Shown here: piece after piece, positions 42,550-59,339 of the stretch | How the letters are laid out: every line of letters begins with the position of its first letter | Position numbering within the stretch: the stretch's first letter is position 1 | NCBI RefSeq assembly: GCF_009914755.1 | Contig: NC_060928.1 | Reading direction: 5' to 3' (one strand) | DNA: 64,000 bases | From: the human T2T-CHM13v2.0 reference genome, Homo sapiens | Position numbers and translations under genes: made by a program | Notes under the pieces: model-generated | What the model saw: the letters and a program-made list of their open reading frames with translations, nothing else | Told to the model about the DNA's origin: nothing | Databases searched by the model: none

Positions 42550-44109
42550 CACCTCTAAGCAGTGCTGATCGCACTCTGATTATGTGAACAGAGCACCCCG
42601 GAGCTGGAAGTGCACAGTCTGAGGAATCATGAGTGGCAGCCCTGCCTCCAAGCCCTCTTCAAATTCTTAGACTCTTGCTCTTTACTTCACACAGCTCCTG
42701 ACCTCATTAGTGTGGTTTCCTATTTCTGGCATCGCCCTTGCCCTTTGAATCTGACAACAGACTCAAGATGCCTTGTTTCGACTCTGTCAGCGCTTACTTA
42801 CCAGTACATAGCTTAGATATTCCCCAGGAGCAAGGTCACAAAAGATGAATTCTTAGCCATGCAAGGTATGTAACCACAGTGAGGAGAGGCAGAGGAAGAC
42901 TACTGTTCACAGGCCCAGTGACGTACTCCACCAAACACCCCAAACCAGGAAGAGGAATCAGGATAAGACTGGGACTCTCATAAGCAGAGTTACTTCTTTT
43001 TCCAGTTACTGTGATTCTACCAGGCCACTAAGATGGCCTGAACTAAAGAAGCACCTGTAACAGCGGGTATGCTCAGCGCCTAGCCCAATTTTTGATATAA
43101 AGTAGATGATTGTTAACTGTTTATTGAAAAAAATCATGAATATGTATATTTAAAGAACAGTTCAACTTTCTTCTTTCCATAGTTATAAGGGTGATGGGAA
43201 TTTGACCACAAAGCAAGCTATTGAAATATGAAAAATTCAAGCAAACCAAAGTGGAGGGAGGAAGGTAGGAAACCAAGCATTTAGAGTTGGAATACTGCTT
43301 TGAGGGTATGTCTTCTAAATATACCCTCCTTTATGAATTGGCTTGGATAATTTTAGTCCTAAAATGTTCAGTGTTGAGGTGAGTTTTGAGTTTTTAAATG
43401 CTTATAAAAATACTAGGCAGACTCATGATTAGATTTAGTACTGGCACCACACATCAAAGGTGGTTCCACCTTGAACTCTGACATTAAACTTGAACAGTAC
43501 TGCTACCACAATGTCCAGCAAATAGAGGGGAAACTGCTTAGGCTCTTGGTCCTTTGGAATGAAAGCAATGCACTTACATACTTCTCCCCTAAAGTAAGCA
43601 TAAATATAAATTATAATTGAATGTACGTGGTGTGAGATAATCATTTTTCATGAAATCATGATGCTCAGGAAAATAAATACTGATGTTGAGGCCAACTCAA
43701 CTTCAGAAAAACATTTGCCTCAAAATGCATATATGACCTCATCCTCATTCTTATTTTACCTTTTCTTCTTAACAGGCTTATGTTGAAATGTAGGCATTAT
43801 GAAAAGCTGACTTGCCTTCCATAAGGCCCTTGGCCCATAAATATCTGTCCTCAAATAAACAGAAGCCCTACCTTGAAACAAAGAAAGTCTGTAAGGGAGG
43901 ATGGGCAGGACAGAGGGCAGATGTAGCTTTATTTTTAGCACATTGTTATCAAATACATTATTCTCTGCTGAGATATGTATTGGCCATCACAAAAACCCAT
44001 GCTTAACAAAGCTTTCATTTTTAAATTTGCATAATGCCTTATTCGCATGCATAGAATTCCACAAAGTATTGCTTCTGACCAAAGAATTCATTCCACATAC
44101 ACACACACA

Positions 44110-44990
<881 letters not shown>

Positions 44991-45047
44991 AGTTATTATT
45001 TTTGTATAGAACTTCAAACACGGTATGTGAATAGCCAAAGGGGTAGA

Positions 45048-45499
45048 CTGTGTGAATTATTAAGCTATTACCTCACAGCTCCAAAGCTACCTTTCTGTAT
45101 TCTGTTCAGTGATGCTGGGGCTATCTATAGATCTCTCTTTTGGGGAGTTGGCTCTCTGTTATGTTCTATAGTAGGGAACACTAGTGGGATATCAGAAGGC
45201 CTGGGGTAGGAAGCTGCTGTTCCTCCCAACTATTGCCCAAGCAGGGACCCCTCACCCTGGCATTGATAGTGTCCATCTATTTCAGCATTGACAGAATCAC
45301 AGGCAATGCCCCTTCCCCTGAGCTTTGTTTCCTCAGCCCTATGGGTAGTTGCTACTTCCAGCAATTACTGGTTCCTTTAGTGGTTACTTTTGTTCCTTCA
45401 TCCCTCCCATACCTATGTGATCAATTCTCCATATTAAATTCCCTCCGTTAAAATATCAGATGTGGTTTTTGGTTTCCTGACTACACACTGATTAATACA
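45048..45499 (+). mobile_element. ERVL LTR (LTR33-like)
   Basis: Follows the PPT-like CCAAAGGGGTAGAC. Ends ATTAAATTCCCTCCGTTAAAATA...CTGACTACACACTGATTAATACA. Confidence 0.6.
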
Positions 45500-46454
45500 G
45501 CCTTAAAAAGGAAGCTCAAGATCATTTGACATCTCAATTACTATCACTTTTTCAGAAATATTTATTACGATGCTCAACTGCAAAAAAAAGGAGAGGAATA
45601 TTAAGAAAATGTAATATGGAATTACTGTTTTTCAAATGCCATCATCCAAACAGAAAAGAGAGAAATCCCTGTGAATGCCTGTTGAGAAACAAATTCATTT
45701 TATTAAAAGGTTTCCCTCTTTGTATTTGGAGGTTAAAGAAATGATAGACTTTATTGTTCCACCAAACAAACCATTTCACTTATTTTTGGTAAATTACACT
45801 AAATGTGGTTTAATTACTGTGTCCAGAATAGCATTTCACATCTGTGGCCCCAAAAGCTATTATCACTATGGACATTTAGGGAAAAGAAATGGAGCCCTCT
45901 TATGGCCAATTTAAATGCTACAGCACCCTTGCAGTTCCACACTGATCGTGTTAACATCTGACCTAGATCACTAGATCTTTGGACAGAGATACCTCAGGGG
46001 TCCTACCCTACATCACCACTAAACTGACATGGAGTGTGTTGCCCAGAGAAATAATGTCTGTGCTTCTTGGCACTGTGCATATATGACATACAAACACTTA
46101 TACACTGTGTAAACAAGGTCATTAAATGCCCAATTTTATAAGAAGGAAATAAAGGGAATAGGATAGGTCTGACTCTGCCTAGAATATCATTTGAAAGAGA
46201 TACTTTGATCCCTTACCTGGCAGAGGTCTTAATACAAGCCACAGTAATTTCCTTCTGAATTAGTTTCATACACAGGTAAGGCCCCAGGGTATCATAGAAG
46301 GGAAACTCAATAAATTCACCAAAAGATTGGTGTGCAAGGGGTTTGTGTTGAAATCCACACGTTATTACCTTTTGTAGGCAAAGATAAGAGAATCCAGTGA
46401 AATGGAGTGTTAGAGACCTCAAAGGACAAACTGGTGCAAGAGAGGCATGGAAGG

Positions 46455-46900
46455 GGGGAGGCAATTAGGCTTGGGAGTTGGGTGTCACTGGGTTCTAATG
46501 CCATCTTAGCTCATTTCTAGCTGTGTGACATAGGGCAGATTATTTAACCTCTCTGTTTCTCAGCTTCCTCATCTGTAAAATAGAAATAACCCCGTCTAGT
46601 TCAAGACAACATAGAGTGTAGTGGTTGAGACCAGCTGCCTGGCTTCAAATCCCAAGCCTGCCCCTTACTGTGTGACATTAAGCAAGTTATTTAACATTTC
46701 TGTACTGTATTCATAAAATGGAATATAATCGTACTGTCCCGGCAGGGTTGTTTTGAAGATTAAGTGATTTGATAGACATGAAGCACTTGGGCAGGTGTCT
46801 GGCTGGGTCTGCAATCATTGACACTGTTTGAAGCACCTCATGATGCCTTGTGCATGGTGAACGCACAATGTTAGCTTTATTATTGGCTATCAATTATTGT
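46455..46900 (+). mobile_element. Two MIR fragments
   Basis: CTAGCTGTGTGACATAGGGCAGATTATTTAACCTCTCTG...CCTCATCTGTAAAAT, then a second MIR core. Confidence 0.75.
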
Positions 46901-48233
46901 TAACAATGTATTTGTTATCTTTTTCCTATCTACTTCTTTTTTTTATTAGGTCAAGTCGTATGAAACTGCCATTTTTATAGATCAAAAATACTTGAAGATA
47001 GCCATTCCTTGGTTTAACCTAATACAGAATAATGCTTGTCACTAGGTCACATGAAGGGTTATTGGCAAGGGCATAAGACCAAGGAAGAAAATAGAGCTTT
47101 CTGCCACATGCAGGTCACTGAGCCCTGGAACCCTTACCTGATGGAGTGTTTCCTGTTCCTGCCTGCGATAACAAATCCCTTGAGCAGTTTAATGAGACTT
47201 AGTCCTTCAGCTCTCCTTATGCTAGCCTCAGAAAGGAAGAAGGTGGGAGGAGTGTATGGGAAAGGAGAAGTGATGGGTCTATATACCAACTAGGCAGGTC
47301 AGGGGAACAGAATCCATTCCAGGTAGTTCCATATGGTGCAGGAAAAAAAATGAAAAGTATTGTAGGGGACACTGAAGCCACAAGAAGTCAGCAACAGCTG
47401 GGAGTGGCCACAGCCTCGGCAGCTGGAAAGATAGAGGGCAGAGGTGGCACTGCCAGAGACCAGGGCCAGGACCACCAGCAAGAGAAGCAGCCATGTGGGG
47501 CTGCCTAGCCACTTGAACACCCAAAGCTCAAAGGAAAGAGGGGGAATCTCTCTCCCTTCTGCTCCTCCTTCTCCCAACAGTGCCTGTGTTGGCTGAATTA
47601 ATCATACCTCTATTGGCAAAGGAGCCTGGTACATGTAGTGTGCAAGGACTGTCCTCTTGAATATAGAGCAGAACAGGAAGGAAGAGAGGGATAGATATGA
47701 GAGCAAAGAGGCAAATGCTTATGCAGAGAAGCACTAGCTGTGAGGAGAGGAAGGGAAGAATGGGAGGTGGCATGACCACGACATACAATCCAGCTGCTGC
47801 CATTTTGTCTCTGGTCCGTCAAAGTCTCTGTAATCCAGCAGAGCTGGAATCCTGACACTTGCCTACCCTGGCCAGGTAATTCCAAAGGAAAACTGTGGGA
47901 ACCACAATTAACCTATCTTTGGTGACTTCATAAAGTAGAGAAGGACACAAGCATCCCCAGCAGGTGTGTTCTGGGATTCTTCTGTTCAACTTGAGACCAT
48001 TCTAGCAGGGAAGTGAAGAGGCCTCCCCTGCCATGCTCACAGCCTCAAACCTTTAGTCCTGGGACCAGGGCCGAAGACCAGAGAACAAGACCTCAAGAAG
48101 AGACTCCTCAGTTTACAAGTTATCTCATCTGAAACTACGGAAATCCGACAATGAAATGCAATGGGGTGTCCCAGATTGAGAATTTTCTTGGATTGTCTTG
48201 GAGAAAAAAGGGGGCATTAGCTGAGAAACTAGG

Positions 48234-48594
48234 TGATATGGTTTGTCTCTGTGTCCTCACCCAAACGTCATCTTGAATGATAGCTCCCATGATTCCCATG
48301 TGTTGTGGGAGGGACCCGGTAGGAGATAATTGAATCATGGGTCAGTTTTCCCCATACTGTTCTCGTGGTAGTGAATAAGACTCACGAGATCTGATGGTTT
48401 TATAAGGAGTTCCCCTTTCACTTGATCCTCATTCTCTCTTGTCTGCTGCCATGTAAGAGGTGTCTTTCTCCTTCCACCACGATTATGAGGCCTTCCTAGC
48501 CACATGGAACTGTGAGTCCATTAAACCTCTTTTTCTTATAAATTACCCAGTCTCAGGTATGTCTTTATCAGCAGCGTGAAGACAGATTAATAAA
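48234..48594 (+). mobile_element. THE1 (B/C-like) solo LTR
   Basis: TGATATGGTTTGTCTCTGTGTCCTCACCCAA ... CAGATTAATAAA. Perfect TSD CTAGG at 48229-48233 and 48595-48599. Confidence 0.9.
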
Positions 48595-49698
48595 CTAGGT
48601 AAAGTCTTTATTTAGCTCACAGGATTTTACCCTTGCTAATTTCTTAGTTTTGACAAATGTATTATCAATATGTAAGACATTAACATTAGACAAAGCTGGG
48701 TGAAGATTATATGGGAACTCTCTGTACTATTTTCCCTCCTGTAAATCTGCGTTTATTTCAAAATTTTGAAAAATTAAACTCCCTCCTCCAGAAAGGTTTC
48801 TTCCATTGCCTTTAGCAAGCAGCTCCAGGGATGGTGTGGTGTAATTGCTAACTTACTGAGGCATCACCTTCAGGGAGAAGTCGATCCCCTCCCCAAATCC
48901 CTGTAACAGTCGGTGAACACATCCAGGCAACTGTCGGGAAGATCACATGTGGGACAGATTTCTGCAGACGTTTCACTACTCATAGAAAATACAAATGAAT
49001 TAACTCCAGCCTACTTACAATGGAAATTATTAACTCTTACGTGGTTAGTGCAGGCATTATCGTTATTCTCATCAAAAGGCTTTTTGTCATGGCCCCTTGT
49101 GCTAAGGTTCTGAGCTGGGTGCTACTCAGGTTTAGCAGACAAAGTTCATGCTCTAAAGAAGTTCTTAGTCACGGTAACTGGGCACAGATATTTGGGGCTC
49201 ATCTATAAATAAACAAATTTAAATTGACCCTCATCTTTAAAAATGGCCTTAAATGACTTTTAGAAAAAGCAGAGTATAAATGTTTACATATGTACAATTG
49301 TAACCAGTTTAGGAAGGAATTTGATTCATTGGCATATAAGTGTGAATTATTTTATTTTATTTTCCAGTTAACTGCTCTCACTGTTTTCTATTAAAGTCCC
49401 CATTTTTCCACTGGGTGGTGGCTACCCTTAAAACATCTTAATCCAATTCTATAAGTTTTTATTCATTTTCAGTAATTGAAACAGTCTCATCTGGTTATGA
49501 AGACCTATGTATTTTAAATTTTCAATGTTGCATTTGATTCAAAGCTGCTCCCCTTCCCTGAATAGGGGGGTGTGTGGCTCATTTTTTTTCCCTCTGACAT
49601 CTTTCCAACAGTTATTAATACTTCTCCGGCACTGGGAAGGGGGGCGAGCAGGGGAAAGTTTCCCTTTGAGGCTGGTTGTGATGAAGTTATTTGCCCAC

Positions 49699-50053
49699 TG
49701 TTATGGACTGAATGTTTGCCTCCTTCCCCAAAAATTCATATGTTAAAATCCTAACCCCCAATGTGATATTCTTTGAAGGTGGGGCCTTTAGGAGGTGGTT
49801 AGGTCATGAGGGTGGAGGGATTAATGCCCATTTTTTTTTTAAAGACACTAGAGAACTCCCTCGCCCTCTGTCTTCCATGTGAGGACACAACAAAAAGATT
49901 CCAGTCTGCAACCCGGAAGATCTTCACCAGAACCCACCCATGTTGGCACCCTGATCTCAGACTTCCAGCCCCCATAACTCTGAGATATAAATTTCTGTTG
50001 TTTATAAGCCACTCAGTCTATGACAATGTATTATAGTAGCCCGAACTAAGGGA
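49699..50053 (+). mobile_element. MLT1A0-like LTR
   Basis: TGTTATGGACTGAATGTTTG...AAATTCATATGTT ... TATAGTAGCCCGAACTAAG. Confidence 0.8.
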
Positions 50054-50258
50054 CTCCCTTTCTGTAAACTTGTGGCCACTAATCTATCTTCTAGACTATA
50101 GTCTCCTCCATGGTTACTGATGGAAATTGTAACAATCTCTAAGAATGGGATACTTGACTCTATCTACTTTTAATCCACAAGCACTGTCCTCACAGCCACA
50201 TTTTCCTGATAGAACATGCCTCTTTCGTTATCCCCCTGGCAATCCCCAGCAAGCTTGG

Positions 50259-50645
50259 TGATATGGTTTGGCTCTGTGTCCCCACCCAAATCTCATGTTG
50301 AATTGTAATTCCCAAAGTGTTGGGGCAGGGACCTGGTGGGAGGTGATTGGATTATAGGGGTGGATTTCCCTATGCTGTTCTCATGATAGTGAGTGAGTTC
50401 TCACGAGATCTGATCATTTAAAAGTATGTGGCACTTCCCCCTTTGCTCTCTCTCTCTCTCTCCTGCCACTATGTGAAGAAGGTGCTTGTTTCCCCTTCAC
50501 CTTCCACCATGAATGTAAGTTTCTTGGCCTCTCAGTCATGCTTCCTGTTAAGCCTGCAGAATTGTGAGTCAATTAAATTTGTTTTCTTCATAAATTACCC
50601 AGTCTCAGATAGTTCTTTATAGCAGTGTGAGAAGGGATTAATACA
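50259..50645 (+). mobile_element. MSTA solo LTR
   Basis: TGATATGGTTTGGCTCTGTGTCCCCACCCAAATCTCATGTTGAATTGTAAT ... GATTAATACA. TSD CTTGG/CCTGG. Confidence 0.88.
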
Positions 50646-52966
50646 CCTGGGGTCGCCAAACCCACACATCATCTGCTGCCCCAATCTGGGGCACAGGCTC
50701 ATCACATCTTCTGGGCTTATCAGAAACCAGAATCCTGAGAGAGTGGTTTTGCCCATTCTTCTCTGCCTGGTTGTGCCCTTCTCAAATAACACAGGGTAGG
50801 TCAGGAAACCTGGTGGCTGGTTAGCCAGGAAAAGAAATGTCACTCACAGCTGGTAATTTGGGAAGTCGCCTTCTCTGGACTTTAGGAAGAGAAACAATTT
50901 GTGTTCACCCTCCTATCCCCAGATGGAAATAGAAATGAAGGACTGACCTCTCTTTAGTGTGCCCCCCACAAAAGAAGTTTGGCCTTGACCTCCCCCTTAT
51001 ATCTCTTGTTGGGTAGGACCCAACCTCAGCCAGCATCTCTCACTTCTGGAACTAGAGAGTCTAACATCAAGAATTACTTCTTATTTGAACTTGGCCCTAG
51101 AAAAATGAAGAGGCTTCTTCCACCAGGACACTATCTCTACTGTGTGTAACCTCCAGTGCAGAAAAAGATCTCAGTAAGGACCTCCCACCAGAGTGCCATG
51201 CACACATGCATAGATACATTCTTAAATGAAACAGCTGCTCCCTCAATAAGATTGACCTCTGTGTCTCCAAGGACCTATTATTTGAGATGTAATGTGATGC
51301 TGTAGATCTGTGCCACCTTCACACGTGTTTGAACTTTGTGTATTATTTATTCTTTAAAACAATCATGGCAGGGGATTGGGAAGGCAAAAATTAGCAGTGG
51401 TTGCTTGGAAGTTCCATCCATATAAAATCTGGAGGTTGGGGGACGTTGTCTCCCCATGAATACTCTTGAGGGGGCGCTATCTTTATCAAAGGACAAAGTA
51501 ATTAGCCAAACTCATCCAAAACCACAGCTTCATATTGGCCGTCTGGAGTGTCCCTAGAGAACTTTCCTTCTGCCTCATTCAAGGGCCTCTCGCATTGATT
51601 ATTTAACAACTGACACCTCCCTGCTTCTCTCTCGTGTGCTTAGACCCGTGGAAAGGTCATTACCCCAGTGTTGCTTCTCTCTCTTTGTAATGCTCCTTCT
51701 GGGGATTTAGCTGAAATAAAACAATAACATTGAAGGCTGAGGGATGGAAAAGCTCTCTCTCATTCCATCCAGGAGCAATAAATGTTCACAACATTGAACA
51801 TTTTGTTCCTATAAACATTTGCTGATGGCCTACTACATGCCAGGTATAAAGTAAGTGTTGGGAGATGAAGATGAATAACTCATCATCCCTGCCTTTCAGG
51901 AGCACACAGCCTGGCAGGGGATACAAATAATTGTAAAGGCTCAGAGAAAGTATGCCTGATGTTTTTTAGGAGGGACTCACTTTTTATTCACGGGTACCAA
52001 GGTAAAGCTAAGAGAGGAAGTAATGTATGAGCTAGGGTCTGGAAGGGTGAGAAGTCAAGGGGGTGTGGTGAAGAGAAGCTTTGCTCCAGGCAACTAAACC
52101 AATTAAACAAAGTCTGGAAAACTAAGGGCTCTGGCATTCTCAGCAGTAGGACTGTACTGTCTGACAGAGCTAAAGCCAAGGGTGTAAGCCTTTGGGAGTG
52201 ATTTCCCTGGTAACCATATCAATAGATCCTGAAGAATAACCTTACCACCTGTGTCCAGGCCATAGGAGAACTGGCTAAACACTGGAGGTTCTGGGAGCAA
52301 AATTGCCCACATTGAACTTTTATTGGTGTTCATATTTGTATTAAGCACCTGCTCGTATACCAGGAAGTTCAGTAAGTATGAGTAAACCTCACTTAATCCT
52401 TACAAGTACCCTTTAAGTTGGGACTATGAGTATATATATACCCCAATCTGTAGATGAGAATACAGGTTTAGCAATGTAAATAATTGTGTCAAAATAATGA
52501 ACTGAGCCAGGTTCGAACCGAGGTGAATATGACCCTAATCTCATATTCTTCCAAATCTCATATTCCTAACCACCTTTTCCCTGCAAGAGAAATTGTGAGA
52601 CATGATCTTCCATTGAGGACTGTGTATGTAATTTCTTTCAATTTTATAGCATAAATCATATTTTGAAGGCCACATGACTCTTGCTAATTAGGATCAGGTA
52701 ATTTTGTCCAACATTACACATGGGATTAATTATCCTGAGATGAAAAGAACTTCCACCCTCCACAACTGATTCAATACTGTTCCAAATGGTTGACCCAATC
52801 CCAGCTAAACCATTTGCTCTACTAGCCCCTCTAAGAATTATTCATTCCTCAGCATAGGCATTACATGTGGTTGGCTCCTTTTTCAAAAAGATCAGCCCTT
52901 CATCTTCCCCAAATCATGGGCCCATCGGTTCTCTGGAAAATTATTCCAAACTCCACAACACTTTTT

Positions 52967-54037
<1,071 letters not shown>

Positions 54038-54129
54038 CACAACACTTTTTTTCTAATGACTATAGGAACAGATTGAATATGAGAGCTAAGCAGATTTTAA
54101 ATATAAGTATGTTTTTTACTAAAGCCCTT

Positions 54130-54590
54130 TGTATCAGTTAAGAATTGTGTTAAGCTCCAAGTAAAAGAGGTCCCCCAAAACATAGGTTTAAACAAATTAG
54201 GAAACTTATTTTTCTCAGGTAATGAAGAATGTGGACATGGGAGGTCCAGGGTGGGAATGGTAGCTCACAATTCACCAGGGACTTAGACTCCTTTTACATT
54301 TCTGTTCAGTCATCTTTAAAGGTTGTCTAGTGGCCTCAAGATGGCTGCCAGAGTTCTAGCCATCCTGTTCAAGCTCCAGACAAGAAGAATGAGAAGAGCA
54401 GTGGACAAAACAGTATGCCATGGGAGTCAAACCCTTTTTAAGGAGCTTCTCTAGGAAGTTCCTCTCAACAACTTCCACTTCTATTTCACCAGCCAAAACT
54501 TGGCTACTTCTATCTGCAAAGGAGTTTGGGAAATTTAGAGGATTTTTCTTTGTTTCATTATTTTCACACATCAGATAGATATATGGCTAC
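54130..54590. mobile_element. Old MLT1J-like LTR
   Basis: TGTATCAGTTAAGAATTG...GCCTCAAGATGGCTGCC...CTTCTATTTCACCAGCCAAAACTTGGC. Confidence 0.55.
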
Positions 54591-56899
54591 TCCTTCCCCA
54601 GACAGGGTTCTATTAGGTAGGGAGAAAGTGAGAGGATAGGCTGGCCTGGCTAGTTAAAATAAGGCTGCTTTCTGAGTCAGATTCAGAGGAACTGGACTCT
54701 CAGAGGCACAGAAGCAGGCTCTGCCAGGCCTCAGGCTTCTACGTCAGGTAGGAAAATAACTTTGGTCCTGTGTCACATCTTCAGGGTTGGAGAAGGAGCA
54801 TCTCTCTTTAAGGAACAAGAAGACTACATTTTTTAATTTCAGGGAATGATTGGGAACTTATCCCAGGTCAGCAGTGGGTCTGGGAAGGAGACCTGGACAT
54901 TCTTCAAAGGAGATTTTGCCTTTTCCAGACTTCCCATTTCTATTCCTCTTGCATTCCTGTGCTCTAGTCCCTGCTGCAAATGAGAAACTTCACTTTTTTT
55001 TTTTTTTAACAGGTCAGGGTGTTTGGGGATGTTGGTACAGAAGAAGAACAGTTATGTCTGCCTCAAATTTACCAGACAGAGCAGGTAACCCAATTTTTAA
55101 AGGCAGATGTATCCTAACCATCATCAAAGCTTCATTCACCTTTGAATTTAAGGTTTTGCCCTCAAACCATGATTTTTGTTATCCTGCTAAGATCTTACAT
55201 GGAGTTGTTAGTTTAATTAAATTCAGCTATTTCAAGATGGAATACTTGACTGAACATAGGAGAAAGCTGAGAACTACAAAGACAAAAATGAATCCTGCCC
55301 TATCATCTTATTTAGAAAAACTTTTTCTTATATTCATTCCTTCATTTCATTCAACTGTATTGATCAAGCAGCTCCATGTGCTAGGTTCAGGATACACCAC
55401 AGGTCTTGAAACCTGGTACATACCCACGAGGAATGTGTTCCCAATTGCATGAGAAACAGTGAGGAGCCAATTATAGTTCAGAGTAGCAAGGGCGATGATG
55501 TCTATGCATAGTCTTAAAAAACGGAAAGATGGGGCTACTGCCATACAGCAGAAAATCAGTTTGGAAGAAAGGTCAGGGAAGGCTTGTTGGACATGGTGAA
55601 ATCCGAGACCTAATTCATCAATTTTCAGGAGCATCGAGCCTGAACTTCAAAGTCAATCCTCTTTTAAACTAACAAAACCAAATCATGTGCTCATGCGCTT
55701 ATCTGGAAAATAAAAACATACGTAATATTAGTACTCAAAAGCTAAGATCACAGGTAAATTCAATTTCAAAGCAAAAATCAAAATGAACAATCAACACAGT
55801 GGACCATTTCCTCTTATTAGCAGATGAGGAAAGCTTAAAATTAATCGTGTCGCCTGGTACAGCAAGCAGTCACTTCAAAGTTAAACGCTAGGTGGTGTTC
55901 TTAGCACGGTTTGCTATCTTTGACGTCTTAGAAACAGTGAGGGTTCACTCCTTTCCAGGAAAAAGAAAGCAAAATGCTGAATACCCCTATCACAAAATTG
56001 ATTTTATAAGAATAAATAACACCTTTAATGGTATTCTTTTCTTACCATGAGCAATACATTTATTTTTTTTTAACAGTAAATATTTTCTGGTAGATAGGCA
56101 CATTATTCCTTGCAAAAATGAGATGGAACCACTAGAGGGACAAACTCTCCCAGGACCTAGTCAGCCAAGCAGTTTTGTAAAGGCAGCAATAGCCTCTGGA
56201 TACCGAAGCCAGGAGTTAGAGAACCGTATTCAAGTGTCCCCCAAGCAACCTGAACCCATTACTCAACTTCATAGTCTCCTTGGAGAAGTTCGCAATTTAG
56301 AAGAAGTTGATAGAAAATGTTTTACACCCAAATCACCAAAGCTGGGCCTTGTTACATGCCTGCCTCCTCCTCCACCAAGTAGAAAATGTTAGATTAGAAG
56401 ATTAAGGGATACTATGCAAAGCACGTTAAGCTCCTTGAGTAAAAGGAATTAGGAGGATATCAGATGGTAGCAATAAGTTTCAAAGACGACAAACGGAAGA
56501 GTGATACCTTACCTTGTAAAACCATTCTCCATAAAATAGGAAAAAATCAGATAGCACAAGGCAGAGAAGAAAAAAAAGAAGGAAATAATAACAACAGAAA
56601 ATATTTTAGGCCAATAATCAACCTACAGAGGGGAAGAATATAGATCTCTTTTATCTAAAAGGAATGAATAGTTTTTTTAATGTTGAAACTAGAAACCAAC
56701 TAATACAACACTAGGCAGAGAATACAAAAGTAGAAAATGATTTAGTCCTGAAAAATATTTTAGGCAAATAGTTCATTGATATTTGGTTTCCAAACACTGG
56801 TCAAAGAACCAGTCCTGATCCATGACAAAGTTTTCACTGGTCTGTGATGAAAAGCAGAAAATAAGGACATCATAAAAAGTCTTTCAGAAAGCTAAATTT

Positions 56900-57203
56900 T
56901 TTTTTTTTTTAAGATGGAGTTTCACTCTTGTTGCTCAGGCTGGAGTACAATGATGCAATCTAGGCTCACTGCAATCTCCGCCTCCTGGGTTCAAGTGATT
57001 CTCCTGCCTCAGCCTCCCAAGTAGCTGGGATTACAGGCGCCCACGACCATGCCCAGCTAATTTTTTTTTTTTTTTGTATTTTTAGTAGAGATGGAGTTTC
57101 ACCATGTTGGCCAGACTGGTCTCGAACTCCTGACCTCAGGTGATCCCCCCACCTCGGCCTCCCAAAGTGCTAGGATCACAGATGTGAGACACCGCACCCA
57201 GCC
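56900..57203 (-). mobile_element. AluSq/Sp-like
   Basis: GGAGTTTCACTCTTGTTGC is an Sq/Sp diagnostic. TSD AGAAA(G/T)CTAAATTT at 56886-56899 and 57205-57218. Confidence 0.92.
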
Positions 57204-59339
57204 TAGAAATCTAAATTTGATAGATTTAAAGAACTTATTTTTATTCTAAAATTAGATCTTTTCTGCCTTTTTATGGTACAAGATGTTTTCTAAAGTTAAA
57301 AAAAGAAAGAAAAAGCTTCTCCTAGGAAGTGGTCATCATAGAGGTGTTTATGTGTTATTTCATTCTGTTTTGTTATTAGTCCTTATTTTGCAAACTCTAA
57401 TGTACCATCATTATGTATAGTTTTGAAATGTTACTGGTCTGAGAAATCCAAAAGTCTGAGAACTACTGCATCAACAACTAATTTAAGAGAGAACTAACTA
57501 GTCAGCAAGGTGTTATTCACTCATTTATTCAAGAGCCAATTACAGTCCAGAGTAGCAAGAGGGATGATGTCTAAATATTCATTGAATCCTTTGTTGGTCC
57601 TGGGCTGCATTGGGCCAGGGGTGATGAGCATTAGCAAGGCTGGCATTGGTCCTCCTCACAGAACATGCCATCTGGCAGGAATGTCTGGGGTGGTGAGCAG
57701 GTTGAGGCCCATTGTGATGTTAAGGATGATGGTATATTAAGCTTGTAATTGCACATGGGATAATTTTTTACAACGTATGTAGAATTTTGCACTATATCTT
57801 TTTTAATCCACCTTGGATGAACAGTGTGTTTCTTTCCTGTAAAAACTGAGTAAGTGAATGTCTGTTTCTATCAAGCTACTTTAAAAATATATATCCACAT
57901 CTCACTATGATAGTTGCCAAGACTCTTGGTTCAAGGCCCTGGGCTGGCTGTCTACATACAATGTGCCACAAAAGGCATCTCTGTAAAGATGGAACCCCAA
58001 AGGTTGCAGAATGAATATCCCTTACCTCTTCTGAAAAGGTACAGCAGTAAGGTCTAGGTGCGGACAAGGGAAGTTATTTCTCACCCTGCCAAGGAGAAGG
58101 AAGAGTCAGCTTAAGGGATCTATGGAGGCTCTTTTTTCCAAAGCATCCCTGTAGAGGCATCCCTGAGGGACAGCCAGCCAGCTGGTTATGTTGCTTTTCA
58201 ATGTGACATTTCTGGACTCTTGGGATCATTGGGTTATATTTGGAATTCATCCTGGCCACTGTCTGGGTCTCCCATCTTTAACAGGCACATCAGCAGGACA
58301 GTTTTAGATAGAAAAGATCGATAAAATCTGGCAGCACTTGCACTGGTTTCCATGGTGACATGCTGAGCACCTACTGGTCCTTAAAGACCAGCAATATGAA
58401 TAGTTAAAATGAATTATTTCAGGGCCCTCTAGCCTAGAATATAGGGATCCAAGATAAGAAAATTTTTTAAAGCCTATTCTTCTGGAACATAATTGATAGC
58501 TATAGATACATACACAGGAAGGGACATTAGAAAGAAATATCCAAGCATGATTTTGTTTATAGAAAAATAAAAACAAACAGAGATTGGCTATAAGTATTTT
58601 TATATCAGAGAATTGTTTCAGTGCATTACCTGGAGCCTTACTTGCTGAGGTCTTCAGGTCCTTTAGGGAAGTGTTTCAGAACATGTACAATCTTATCATT
58701 TCTTTTATCAGAACTTGAGTTCTCATAACTATACACCACTGTGCCTTACTTTACATTTATATTCACTTTAAGTTACTGTTTCTACAATAAACCCTCCACC
58801 CCCAATACACTGAGGCACATTTGGCCCCTTTGAGCCAGTGTGGGCTGCCAGCACTGTGAATAGGGAACGTCCTCTCTGCCTCACAACATCTGCACACTTG
58901 ATTCAGAGATGTCTTTCCTGTATCCCTCACCGTCCTCTGACAGAACCCCATGGATCAGCTTTACAGGTCTCTATTTCCAAATCTGCAGGGGTCTCTCTCT
59001 TTCTAACACCTGACTAGTTAAATAGGATTCCCAGATTTAGCCCATCTATCTCTGGCCACCTGATCTTAACACTTCCCTTCTGGTTGGAATTTTCCATGGA
59101 TGGATCCACCTTGAATTCCCCTCTTTCAATTACTCCTTCAAAAAGCAATTCCTAGAGGCCATCCTTGTAAAGCAAGATGATGGACCACCCTCTTTGGAGA
59201 CCACCCTTAAGATAGCCTCACCAGACACCAACTGGCCCCATGGGATTTCTTCCTGCCTTCTTCTTCCCTCCCTTCCTTTGTAAATTCAATGTTAGATTTC
59301 AAATCAAAATCCTCAGCTCATCATTCACTATTCTCACTG

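Noticed and set aside
52537-52568. Short tandem duplication AATCTCATATTC
   Set aside because: Ordinary slippage duplication at a MIR edge.
54850-55452. 200-aa ORF
   Set aside because: TTG start, crosses a poly-T run and low-complexity sequence, and has no recognisable domain. Consistent with a chance ORF.
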